Shown here in pieces: positions 8,692 to 18,353 of a stretch of DNA of 56,092 bases (position 1 is its first letter; each line of letters begins with the position of its first letter). Location: NCBI GenBank assembly GCA_966112985.1, contig CBHWET010000003.1, positions 1-56,092 on the forward strand. Direction: 5' to 3'. The notes beneath the pieces were generated by a model. The model ran no database searches, was not told where the DNA came from, and saw nothing but the letters and a program-made list of their open reading frames with translations. This stretch comes from an uncultured bacterium (lineage in GTDB: Bacteria; Verrucomicrobiota; Verrucomicrobiia; Limisphaerales; JACDHS01). The position numbers and the translations under genes are program-made.

Positions 8692-11600
8692 CTAGGGTTG
8701 CGCCGGACGCCAGACTCGCAGATTGATAAACTGATTGGTTCGCAAATCAAACGGCGCTACGACGCGCGCTTTCACCGTTTCCGTCACGCCATTGCCATCA
8801 TTCGTCACCAGGATCTCCTCAACGTAATTCGTTCCTGTATTCCAGGTGTTCAGATCGGTGGAGATGTACAAACCGTATCGAACATCGACTCGTTGAATGC
8901 GGCGCTGGTAAACGAGATTGATGTGATTTTTTGAGTCCGCGGTATTCATCTCGATAGTTGAAACGATAGATGCATTCGTTTCAGCCGTGCGCGGATCTCG
9001 ATTGAATGCGTATTCGATGAAGTTGCCGAAGTTGTCCTGATCCAGATCGGCGGTCTCACCGCTGAGGCTTGGATCCGTCAGTTCTTCCAAGGTGAAGTGG
9101 TTAATCGTCCAAACTCCATACGGCGAATCATGAATCGTGACGGCAGCACTGGCGCTGCTGATTGTATAAGCGAGATTCGTAATGATCGTAATCGTCACCG
9201 TTTCGTCGCCTTCAGTGCGATTATCGAGGAACGGAGTAATAACGATGTCCACCGTGTTGGATCCCGCCGGAATAACCAGGAGGTTCGTGACGGCCACGAA
9301 GTCAACGCCGTTGCTCGCAAATCCGCTGAACTGGATTGGAACCTCCAGATCATAGTTCGTATCCCCGACACGCGTGATTGTGAATTGGCCGAGATCAGGT
9401 CCCAACTCCGCTGCTTCGCCATCGATTGTTTGGATGCTCAGTAGAGTCGGCTCCAGCACCGTCACCGTGACTTCGCTGTACACTTTGGCAGAACCATCAT
9501 CCGCGATGAGTCGGAAAACGAAGGCCCCGGAATTTGTAAACGTCGCGAAGGCAGTCGCATTAGTACTATTCGTCAGCACTGGCGTTCCCGGCCCACTCAC
9601 GAACGTCCACCAATTCGTAACCAATCCCGGCGGATTTGGCATCCCATCATCGGTGACTGTTCCAGTTAAATTCGCTGTCGCGGTCAATTGAATGGTGAAA
9701 TTGGTGCCGGCATTCACGACAGGGGCAAAGTTTGTGGGCGGCAACTGAATCGCGGCGCCGACGTCAACCGAAGTTAAAGAACGTGGCAGGAGTTGAACTT
9801 CGTCGAGCGAGCCGAGCCAGAAATTTGTGAGAGAGCTTCGACCTACCACGAACTGCGAACAATTCGTAATCGTACCGGTTGTTGCGGCGGTATTGAATGC
9901 AGGGTGGTCCAGCACCCCGTCGATATAAACCGCCATTTGCTGGCCGGTGCTCCAGCACATCGTGACGTGTTGCCATTGATTCGAAGCAAACGACCGCGAA
10001 CTGACATAATGAAGATCGCCATCAGAGGTGGAAAGGGTCGCCTGCAAAACATTGCTGATGCCGTCGCAGAAAGTGAACGGTCCCTGATAGAAACTTAAAG
10101 TGGCATTAGTGCCGTTCGCGGCATCACCGCTGAATACGCCAACGGTCTGGTTTGTCGCGGTTGTTTTGGCCCAGAAAGAAACCGTCAGGCCACTTAAACC
10201 ATTCAGGACATTCGTTGAACTGAGTTGTTGAACGACGTTACTGGCACCATTGAAATCGAGTGCCGCTCCGGTGACCGCATTACTTGTCCAGCTCGCACCG
10301 ACCACAACACCATTCAAACCATTCGTCGTGGAATCGAGCGCGTTGGTTCCTGAGCCTTCGTCGAATTTCCAATGGAACAATCCGGATGAGTAAACGTTGG
10401 TGACGCCGACCAATACTGTTAAATCAGCAGTGCCTTTCAATTGCCCGTCATCAGCGATAAAGCGCAGCACGTAAATGCCAACATCAAAGAAGCTGACGGT
10501 CGTGTTGTTCGTGGTGGTGTCGCCGAACGTCATGTTCGTCGGCCCGCTCACCTGCATCCATGAATACGTCAAATTCGTCCCCGGCATTCCCTCGTCCGTC
10601 GCATTTGCTTCGAGAATCAAGTTGGCGTTCGTCCCATTGATGAATACGACGTTGGCGATTGGCGACGTAATAGTAGCGATGGGAAAGTGATTCGTTCCCG
10701 CATCAGCAATTGTCGCCACGGCATTGCTTGGCGACAGAATTGTGTAGTCGGGACTGGGCAATAACAGCGCAGTGACTGTCTCTTCTTCTTCCAACAGCAA
10801 CTCATTGGTTGGATAAAAGGTAATCTCGGCGGACATCACGCCCGCTGGCATGCAGATGTTTGTAGCGAAGATGGGATAATCGATGCCGAAGGTTGCGGTG
10901 CCTCCAATTTGCACCAACGCTCTGATTTGAACATTAGGATCACCGTCTCGATAGATCGTAAACACGCCCGGCGACTGGCCATTTTCCGATGCGTTCGTCG
11001 AAGTGCCAACAAGCGTGAGCGTCGGTTCATTGTCATAGATCGTAACGGTCCCGTTGGTTTGGGAGGTCAGGAAGTAAGCGGCGTTGGTCGCCAGATTGAT
11101 TGTGACCGTCTCAGCCGACTCGCGCAGCACATCGTCGATTGGCGTAATCGGAAGGAGCGCCATGGTGTCGTTCGAATGGATAACGATCGAGTTCGTGATG
11201 AAAACGTAATCCAAGCCATTGCTCGCGGTGCCCGTCACAGTGAAGAACACGGTGAGATCCGAATTGGTTGTTCCGAAACGTGTGAAGGTAAACTCCCCAA
11301 CGTCCTGGGCGTTCGTCCCCGGTTCAGAGGCGCGTCCATAGGAAACATTCAAACGCACGTTTTGCTCATTGTCCTGAATCTTCACCCACGCCACGGAGGA
11401 ACTACTGACACGATATGTGTTCGAGACGCTCAAAGTCACAAACACCGTCTCTTCACCCTCGACGGTCAGATCGTCAATTGGAGTGACATTCACGACGGCC
11501 GATGTCTGCCCGGCTGGAATCGTAATCCTATTCGTAATCGAAACATAATCCACACCGCTGCTCGCCGAACCGCTGACGGTAAACAACAGTTCCAGTGACG

Positions 11601-14600
11601 CTGCGGTGCTTCCGGTGCGGGAGAAGGTAAACGACCCAGGATCGTTTGGTTCAATCGCGATCGGGTCAGTCGCAGAAACACCAACAACCGGCAGCCCGTC
11701 TACATCGTCGTCAAGGATCGTAACGGTTGCTTCTTTCGCAGAACCGAGCTTCGCACCGGTGGCACTCGTCAGCGTCGCCACAACGGTTTCTGCCACTTCT
11801 ACAACGCCGTCATTGACTGGCAGAACAGGAATGTCGACGTAATTGCTGCCTGCAGGAATTGTTACGGACGAACCGATACTTTGATAATCACTTGGCTCGC
11901 TCGCACTGCCGGTAACTTCAAAGCCAACCGTTAGATTGTTCGTTGTGCTGCCGGTGCGTGAGATTCGGAAACCGCCCGGAACAGGGCCACTTTCGAATGC
12001 CGTCGCCACGGTATTGGAAATTGTGACGGTCGCGACGTCATCGTCGACGATCGTATAGGTGTGAAATTTATTTCCGTCGAGCGTTGCCCCACTGGGATTG
12101 CTGATAACGATCTTAACAGTCTCATCAGATTCAACGATGGAATCGTTGATGATCGTCAGCGGCAACGTGGCCGTCCAATCACCTGGATTCACTGTCACTG
12201 TTCCTGACGGTAGAGTGTAATCGACGCCATTGCCGCTCGCCGTTCCGCCGAAAACACGAAAGTCGACTGTGATTGGCACAGTCGAAGTGGCACTCAAGGA
12301 TAAAGCCACATCCGCAGACCTCGATTCGAGGCCGCGTGATGTTGGAAACGAAAATCCAATCGCGGGCACGCTGTTGGCGTCATCGTCGACGATATTCAAA
12401 CTCGCTCGATTGTTGGATGTAGAAACAGCATAGCCGCCGCCCGGGGCGACGATGAGAATGACATTTTCGGTATCTTCTTTGTGGAGGTCGTCGAACGGTG
12501 TGACGACAATGTCGACAGAACTCTGTCCGTCAGGAATGACGACAGTGTTGTCGAGAGGAATGTAATCGATTCCATTTTGCGCCGTTCCGCTGATCAGTAG
12601 ATTAACAGTAAGGTCACCGTTGATGATCGTGCCGCGAGACACACGGAAGTAACCGGTATCGCTTCCCGGTTCGGATGCTGAATTGTCAGGTGCTGTGACG
12701 CTGACAGTCCCTTGTTCATCATCGACAATGAACAGCGTCGCAACTCCTGGCGAGCCGACGTTATAGGAAGAATTACCCAGCAATGTCACAGTAACCGATT
12801 CGTCGCCTTCCGTTGCTGTGTCATTGATCGGCGTGACCGTAATCGTGGTGGTCGTCGCGCCTGCGGGAATTGTGGCCGTTCCGGTGAGTGCCGCGAAATC
12901 AGTGCCGGCTGTCGCGGTTCCGCTGACAGAATAATAAACAGTCAGTGCTGGCGACAAATCGCCGGTACGGGTGATCGTAAACTTTCCCGCGGTTGATGGC
13001 TCGGCTGCACCTCCCGTTGCGGTGATTGTGACATTCACGAGGTCATCATCAACAATCGTGACTTTAGCGGTCGAACCACCTGTCGTGTAAGCGGCGTTGG
13101 ACGAGACACTAACTAACACTGTTTCGTTTGTCTCAACGAGTGTGTCGTCGATCGTTTGAAACTCGACGGAAGCACTGCTCTGCCCTGCTGGAATAACGAT
13201 CACTCCCGGCAACGCTGAGTAATCAACACTTGGAGTAGCTCCGCCCGCAACCGAGTAGAACACTGTTAGATCGTTCGCCACAGTACCGTTGCGGGTGAAA
13301 ACAAATCGCCCACTGTCTGCTCCGTTTTCAGGAGCTGAATTGTCCCCGGAACTCGTCGTTGCGGAAACGGAAACCGTTGGCAATTGCGCAGCGTCATCGT
13401 CGTCGATAGTGACGGTTGCTTCACCCGACGCTCTCACAACGTAATTAGTATCCTCTGCCAGTGTGAGAGTCACCGTTTCGGGGCCTTCCGTGTTCGCGTC
13501 ATTAACCGTCTGCAAATCAATCGAAAAACTTGCCGCCCCAGCCGGAATCGTCACGACGTAGTTCGTGCCTGATTGTGTAGGTGTCAACGTGTAGTCGGTC
13601 GGTTCGATTGCGCTTCCGGAAGTGTACAACGTCACTGGAAGATCAAGGCTCGTATCTCCCGACCGGGTAATCGTAAACGAAACTGTCCCGCCCGCCTCTG
13701 AAACATTTGTCGACGAGACTGACAAACTCACTTGCGGCTGCGGCGCTCCGACAAAATCAATTCCCGTGGCATCCGGGGGAACTGAAGCTGGAACCTGCGT
13801 CGCCGCAAAGGTGTAGCCGTATTTCACCGCTGTTAAGCTTGTTTGGTTCGAGACACCCACAATTGTGTAGAGACCTTTGCTATCAGTGTATCCGCCGATA
13901 TAGGTGTTGATATCGGTCGCGCCGTTGTCGACGCGGACACCTTCAAGTGGCGAACCATTGCTATCCGTTACTTTTCCGCTGATCCTGAAAGTTGTTGCAG
14001 AGCCTACTTTGACGACGACGTATCCACTCGCAACGCCGCCCTTCATATCGCTCACGATACAACGCGCGACATGATCACCAGCGGTGGCCCAGGTATTGTA
14101 AGCCATCGAAGAATTATTGGTGCTGAACGTTAAGTCCTCAAATTGCCAGTGATATGAAAGCGTGTCGCCATCGGCGTCCGTCGCGACTGCGCGAAAGTTA
14201 ATTCGGGTGCCCGGCGCAGCGTTCGTCTGGTCCGCCGTTACTTGAACGGTAGGCGGTCGATTTCCGACGAAAGAACCGAGGTTAACGAGGATATCCATCC
14301 AGTTGTTGGTGCTCGGGCCTTGGGCAATGGGAGTGATATGAACACCCGCCGCCGCGTCGCTGAATGTTCGTCCAATGACCAAAGCAGCGTCTTCTTTACC
14401 TTCTTGCGATGTTGGAGTGCCGGGCGTCATATCCAACAAATGTGTCCCGCCACTGCTGTTTAACCAAGGATCCCAGTTCACCAACACGCCGTGCGACACC
14501 CAATCATTCGATGGAAATCGTTGCCGGGTTTCCAACCAGTAATCGCGCTGCCAATCGCGTTTGATTTTAACGGCATACATGTGGCCGTTGACGCGCGTCG

Positions 14601-16074
14601 GGACGTCGAACGGATAAATGCGATAAACACCATTTGTCGTGACGTCGTAGCGATACTTCTTCGGCAACCAATCGAGAAGCGACTTATGCATCGCATTAAA
14701 GTGATTCGCGCCCGCTGAAGCCTGTCCCATCGTGTCGTAAACGTTGCCGTACTCATCGTGTTCGCCAGCGCCGACGATACTATCATCCGGAGTGCCCCAC
14801 GAGTTGGCGTGCCACAAACCTTCGTTGTGACCGAGTTCGTGACAGGTAACGCCCACACCTTTGCTCTGCAACCAAACTCCTTTGCCACCAACCGAGCCGA
14901 GGCCACCCCAGTCGAATGCTGCAATGCCGGGGAACGCAACGATATCGCGATCGAAATTGGCCGTATCGTATCCAGCATCCTTTGCTGCCTGCCGTGCATC
15001 GCTCATCAATGCGCCAGCTCCTTCGGTACCGTAATAGTTCTTCGTCTGCGGCAGCGTGAGCACTGGAGTAACAGTCGGAATCAGGGCAGTCGTGTTATAC
15101 GAGTTCTCTACGTAAAACGAATTCACCGAACTCATCGTCGCATATGCAGCGGTCTCGGAAATCGGCTCCGTCAAATCATCAAGGAAGTTCACGCGCATGT
15201 ACAACGCCGTCTTCGGACCCTGAGTCCAGCTGCCAGGAAGAAGCACAAAACCTCCGCTGACCGTCGCGCCGCCCTCGGCAGCAATCCACTGCTTACGGGC
15301 GAGGTCGAAATGTTCACGACTACAGAAACTAAGAATCTCTCCGCCCGCATCAGCGACGATTTCCTCGTTTCGGGAAGTAGAGAGTTTGCCGGAAACACCA
15401 CAAATCGCTTCTGTCGCAATCGCACCCGTCACCTTCGCCGCTTTGATTTCTTCGCTATCCAGTCGGCGCAACGGATCAGAGGAAAGCGCCAATTTCCCAT
15501 CAATCGCAATGCCATGGACTGGAATCGATTCCCTCGTCATCTGATTCGCCCGCCATCCATAAACGAATGCCGCATAGCGCTTCTGTCCGACTTCTACTTC
15601 GCGCAAGGTGGTCCGCTTGTTGTGCTCAAAATCGGTAGCGACCATCACGGTCAACGAACCGCGACCATCAATACGTTTCTCGAAGTGCTTCGTGATTGAT
15701 TCGGGAAGCTCGCGACGCACTTGTTCGGAAACCGCTAGAGACAATGCTTTCTCGGGATCAGTTTTGATCAAGTGCAACATGACGTTGCGTCGATCCATGG
15801 CGAGTCGCTCGCCGGTTTGCAGATCAGATTGGTCTCCGCGCAAATATCGGGCAGTCCAATCAGAAAAGGCGCGTAGCGTCGGATACTGCGACGCCTCAGT
15901 AGATTCACGGCCGCTCGGGTGGTGAGCTGAACGACTTGCGGACGCAAGCGCTTTGGTTGTCGGTGTCGCAATGGTGCGCGGAACGGAGTTGGACCGCGAG
16001 GTTTGAAAGCACCTAATGGCGACCAGCGTTGCAATGGTTAACGCTGCAACGCCATAGAACTTCAATCGTTTCAC
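8692..16074 (-). CDS. Giant secreted zinc metallopeptidase/adhesin: M11-like catalytic domain, PKD/Ig, many Calx-beta repeats, LamG-like domain
   Basis: 2460 aa with an N-terminal signal/TM, HELGHNEGLWH (HExxHxxGxxH), repeated units such as 'G.DY...VTIPAG......V.PIDD...E..ETV...L...Y.......A.V.I.DD', and a LamG-like 'WKFDEGSG...WQHV..W..G...YIDG'. Confidence 0.9.
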   Translation of the reverse strand: MKRLKFYGVAALTIATLVAIRCFQTSRSNSVPRTIATPTTKALASASRSAHHPSGRESTEASQYPTLRAFSDWTARYLRGDQSDLQTGERLAMDRRNVMLHLIKTDPEKALSLAVSEQVRRELPESITKHFEKRIDGRGSLTVMVATDFEHNKRTTLREVEVGQKRYAAFVYGWRANQMTRESIPVHGIAIDGKLALSSDPLRRLDSEEIKAAKVTGAIATEAICGVSGKLSTSRNEEIVADAGGEILSFCSREHFDLARKQWIAAEGGATVSGGFVLLPGSWTQGPKTALYMRVNFLDDLTEPISETAAYATMSSVNSFYVENSYNTTALIPTVTPVLTLPQTKNYYGTEGAGALMSDARQAAKDAGYDTANFDRDIVAFPGIAAFDWGGLGSVGGKGVWLQSKGVGVTCHELGHNEGLWHANSWGTPDDSIVGAGEHDEYGNVYDTMGQASAGANHFNAMHKSLLDWLPKKYRYDVTTNGVYRIYPFDVPTRVNGHMYAVKIKRDWQRDYWLETRQRFPSNDWVSHGVLVNWDPWLNSSGGTHLLDMTPGTPTSQEGKEDAALVIGRTFSDAAAGVHITPIAQGPSTNNWMDILVNLGSFVGNRPPTVQVTADQTNAAPGTRINFRAVATDADGDTLSYHWQFEDLTFSTNNSSMAYNTWATAGDHVARCIVSDMKGGVASGYVVVKVGSATTFRISGKVTDSNGSPLEGVRVDNGATDINTYIGGYTDSKGLYTIVGVSNQTSLTAVKYGYTFAATQVPASVPPDATGIDFVGAPQPQVSLSVSSTNVSEAGGTVSFTITRSGDTSLDLPVTLYTSGSAIEPTDYTLTPTQSGTNYVVTIPAGAASFSIDLQTVNDANTEGPETVTLTLAEDTNYVVRASGEATVTIDDDDAAQLPTVSVSATTSSGDNSAPENGADSGRFVFTRNGTVANDLTVFYSVAGGATPSVDYSALPGVIVIPAGQSSASVEFQTIDDTLVETNETVLVSVSSNAAYTTGGSTAKVTIVDDDLVNVTITATGGAAEPSTAGKFTITRTGDLSPALTVYYSVSGTATAGTDFAALTGTATIPAGATTTTITVTPINDTATEGDESVTVTLLGNSSYNVGSPGVATLFIVDDEQGTVSVTAPDNSASEPGSDTGYFRVSRGTIINGDLTVNLLISGTAQNGIDYIPLDNTVVIPDGQSSVDIVVTPFDDLHKEDTENVILIVAPGGGYAVSTSNNRASLNIVDDDANSVPAIGFSFPTSRGLESRSADVALSLSATSTVPITVDFRVFGGTASGNGVDYTLPSGTVTVNPGDWTATLPLTIINDSIVESDETVKIVISNPSGATLDGNKFHTYTIVDDDVATVTISNTVATAFESGPVPGGFRISRTGSTTNNLTVGFEVTGSASEPSDYQSIGSSVTIPAGSNYVDIPVLPVNDGVVEVAETVVATLTSATGAKLGSAKEATVTILDDDVDGLPVVGVSATDPIAIEPNDPGSFTFSRTGSTAASLELLFTVSGSASSGVDYVSITNRITIPAGQTSAVVNVTPIDDLTVEGEETVFVTLSVSNTYRVSSSSVAWVKIQDNEQNVRLNVSYGRASEPGTNAQDVGEFTFTRFGTTNSDLTVFFTVTGTASNGLDYVFITNSIVIHSNDTMALLPITPIDDVLRESAETVTINLATNAAYFLTSQTNGTVTIYDNEPTLTLVGTSTNASENGQSPGVFTIYRDGDPNVQIRALVQIGGTATFGIDYPIFATNICMPAGVMSAEITFYPTNELLLEEEETVTALLLPSPDYTILSPSNAVATIADAGTNHFPIATITSPIANVVFINGTNANLILEANATDEGMPGTNLTYSWMQVSGPTNMTFGDTTTNNTTVSFFDVGIYVLRFIADDGQLKGTADLTVLVGVTNVYSSGLFHWKFDEGSGTNALDSTTNGLNGVVVGASWTSNAVTGAALDFNGASNVVQQLSSTNVLNGLSGLTVSFWAKTTATNQTVGVFSGDAANGTNATLSFYQGPFTFCDGISNVLQATLSTSDGDLHYVSSRSFASNQWQHVTMCWSTGQQMAVYIDGVLDHPAFNTAATTGTITNCSQFVVGRSSLTNFWLGSLDEVQLLPRSLTSVDVGAAIQLPPTNFAPVVNAGTNFTIQLTATANLTGTVTDDGMPNPPGLVTNWWTFVSGPGTPVLTNSTNATAFATFTNSGAFVFRLIADDGSAKVYSEVTVTVLEPTLLSIQTIDGEAAELGPDLGQFTITRVGDTNYDLEVPIQFSGFASNGVDFVAVTNLLVIPAGSNTVDIVITPFLDNRTEGDETVTITIITNLAYTISSASAAVTIHDSPYGVWTINHFTLEELTDPSLSGETADLDQDNFGNFIEYAFNRDPRTAETNASIVSTIEMNTADSKNHINLVYQRRIQRVDVRYGLYISTDLNTWNTGTNYVEEILVTNDGNGVTETVKARVVAPFDLRTNQFINLRVWRPAQP

Positions 16075-16234
16075 TATTCCCCTTTCTCAAATGGTTGGCC
16101 GATGAATGGGATTCCAAAAACAGCGGCAAGTTGTTTGTAACTTTTGAGCCTGAGACTCTCAGAGATGAACAGCGTCTAGAATGGTTGTTCCGACGCACAG
16201 GGTCAATGCTAAACCCGTAGCAGCCCCCGGATTT

Positions 16235-17074
16235 CTACCGCAATTGGATATTCGGTGGCTGGGCGACGTAATCGGCGACAGTAAGGGAAGCATCGCCATG
16301 CGTGCGCATAAAGGAAGCAGGACAAGCGGCGGTGATTGGGCCGTGCAGAACCCGACGGACCACTGCGCTCTGCCAAACGCGATTGCAATAGAATCGCATC
16401 CGGCGCGATTCGAGGATTTCTTTCATTCCCAGCGTTACACAACGCCACGGTATGATCGAAATTTCCCCTCCCACCGTCACCGAATTGATCGTCCGCGTTT
16501 CGCGGGTTAATGAAAGGACGCGCGTTGGCAATTTGGCGAATTGATCATTCGAAATCTTTTCGCCAGCTTCGGGCGGTTCATTAAAAGCCATGTGGCCGTT
16601 AATTCCGATTCCGCCAAACGTCGCATCGACCCCGCCACGTGCATCAATCAATTTCTGAATATCGCTACATTTCTGTGGATGAGGAAAAACGCGGTTTTCG
16701 GGCTTTGGAGCAAGAGACGGTTCGAGCAGATTATAAAACAGTCGATCCATGTATCCACGGAAGCTCAAGGGATGCTCGGCTGGAATCCATTGATCATCAT
16801 CGGTCAGATACTCATCCATGTTGATCAACACGACGTCGCGCAGCGAAATTTTCTCCTTATTCACCATCTTGGCGAGAATCGGGTATTGATCCACGGGGCC
16901 GACCGGAACGATCAGAGTGGCTTCCCTGCCCTGCTCTTTCGCCTGGACGATTTCGACCAGCAGGTCCTCAGCAACGACCTGTGCGATCGAGGCCATGTCC
17001 GTCTTCGCGGTTACCTTTACGTTCGTGCCTTTACCGAGGTCCGTCGCGGAAACGTTCAGGTAGTCAGGAAACAT
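16235..17074 (-). CDS. Glucosamine-6-phosphate isomerase/deaminase family (NagB-like)
   Basis: INMDEYL, HPLSFRGYM, GGIGINGHMAFNEP, TLGMKEIL, PASFMRTH. The canonical PTGSTP loop appears as PVGPVDQY. Confidence 0.8.
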   Translation of the reverse strand: MFPDYLNVSATDLGKGTNVKVTAKTDMASIAQVVAEDLLVEIVQAKEQGREATLIVPVGPVDQYPILAKMVNKEKISLRDVVLINMDEYLTDDDQWIPAEHPLSFRGYMDRLFYNLLEPSLAPKPENRVFPHPQKCSDIQKLIDARGGVDATFGGIGINGHMAFNEPPEAGEKISNDQFAKLPTRVLSLTRETRTINSVTVGGEISIIPWRCVTLGMKEILESRRMRFYCNRVWQSAVVRRVLHGPITAACPASFMRTHGDASLTVADYVAQPPNIQLR

Positions 17075-17102
17075 ATTGAATCAGGACTGCGGCCAGCGCC
17101 GA

Positions 17103-18116
17103 TCAGACAAAAATTTGCGGAGCGTATTTGGAAAGGTCGAATTCGCCATCCTTCGTAAACGGCAAATCATTGACTTCAACGACACGCAGGTCATGGGCGC
17201 CATCTTCCCGCGCGAATTCGTAGAATACGTGGATTTGTCCGCCCATTGTTTGCGCATCGATGTAACGCAATGACGTTGAAGCGTGCGGACTGGTGTACGC
17301 CGGCGCGGATTGCGTAAGACTCTTCCAGTTCTTCAAGTCGTTCGAAACAGCGATTCCTGTTTTCTCTTCGTAGTTCTCCAGATGACTGGCGCTGCCGTCG
17401 TAGAAAGCAAAGAAACGATTACCCGCCTTAACGATGCTGTTGATGCGGCGGCAATAACAATCCCAGCCTTTACCTTCAGGCTTGAAAATCAATCCCTGCC
17501 ATTCCCAGTTATCAAGATCTCGCGACGTCGCGAGGCCGGTTGCAGACACGCACTCGCCAGTATTAAAGATATCGAGCGTTGAATGCGATTGATCGGTCGT
17601 CTTCGGGGTCTGAATCGCCACGCTGAGGATCATGTAGAATAATCCGTCGTGTTCAAAGATCCACGGGTCCTTCACTCCTTCGAGTCGAAGGGATTCTGCC
17701 GTAAACAACACCTCCCGCTTGCTGGTATCAAACAGTTTCGGGTCAGTCGCTTTCATCAGCGAGACGCACCAACGACCGTCCTTTGGATGTACGTAACTCG
17801 TGAAATACCGCCAGATACCATCTTTCCCTTTGCGAATCGCGCTCCGCTCAATCGACGCCGAATCGTATTTATCCTTTGTCGTCGTCCAGATGTCCTCCCA
17901 ATTGTTCAAATCGGTGGACCGTGCAATGCGCGCCTCACCGCCACGATCCGGTTCGACGCCGCGGGGACGGCGAATTCGATACGTCAAATACCATGCAAAT
18001 TCGTCTTCGGCGTAATAAGCCCCCGGAGCCCCGACCCAATATCCTTTTTCGTTTCCAACGGGATTCCGAACGATATGCCCTTTGGCCATGCCTTGAGCGC
18101 TCAATTTAATTTGCAT
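17103..18116 (-). CDS. Five-bladed beta-propeller glycoside hydrolase-like protein (GH32/43/130 clan)
   Basis: Asp-box-like repeats ARSTDLNNWE, ATSRDLDNWE and AVSNDLKNWK, plus GVKDPWIF. No signal peptide. Confidence 0.7.
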   Translation of the reverse strand: MQIKLSAQGMAKGHIVRNPVGNEKGYWVGAPGAYYAEDEFAWYLTYRIRRPRGVEPDRGGEARIARSTDLNNWEDIWTTTKDKYDSASIERSAIRKGKDGIWRYFTSYVHPKDGRWCVSLMKATDPKLFDTSKREVLFTAESLRLEGVKDPWIFEHDGLFYMILSVAIQTPKTTDQSHSTLDIFNTGECVSATGLATSRDLDNWEWQGLIFKPEGKGWDCYCRRINSIVKAGNRFFAFYDGSASHLENYEEKTGIAVSNDLKNWKSLTQSAPAYTSPHASTSLRYIDAQTMGGQIHVFYEFAREDGAHDLRVVEVNDLPFTKDGEFDLSKYAPQIFV

Positions 18117-18136
18117 AGGTGATGAATTGGAAACTA

Positions 18137-18333
18137 AACCACGAATGAACGCAGTTGAACACCGATTTCAACCCAGTTCAGAACAAAAACACGTTTACCA
18201 CGGATAAACACTGACATACACGGATAAGACGGCGAGCCGTATGTTCTTTGCCCGTATCAAAAACGTCCGTTACTACTCAGCCAGGCGATTTGTCTTCGTG
18301 CAAAATCCGTGTGTGTCCGTGTTCATCCGTGGT
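18137..18333. repeat. REP-like inverted repeat of the ACCACGGATGAACACGGA type
   Basis: 18197-18225 and 18305-18333 are 29-nt inverted copies with 3 mismatches. A degenerate third copy lies at 18137-18166. Confidence 0.7.
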
Positions 18334-18353
18334 TTATTCTGAATCCTTCGGAC

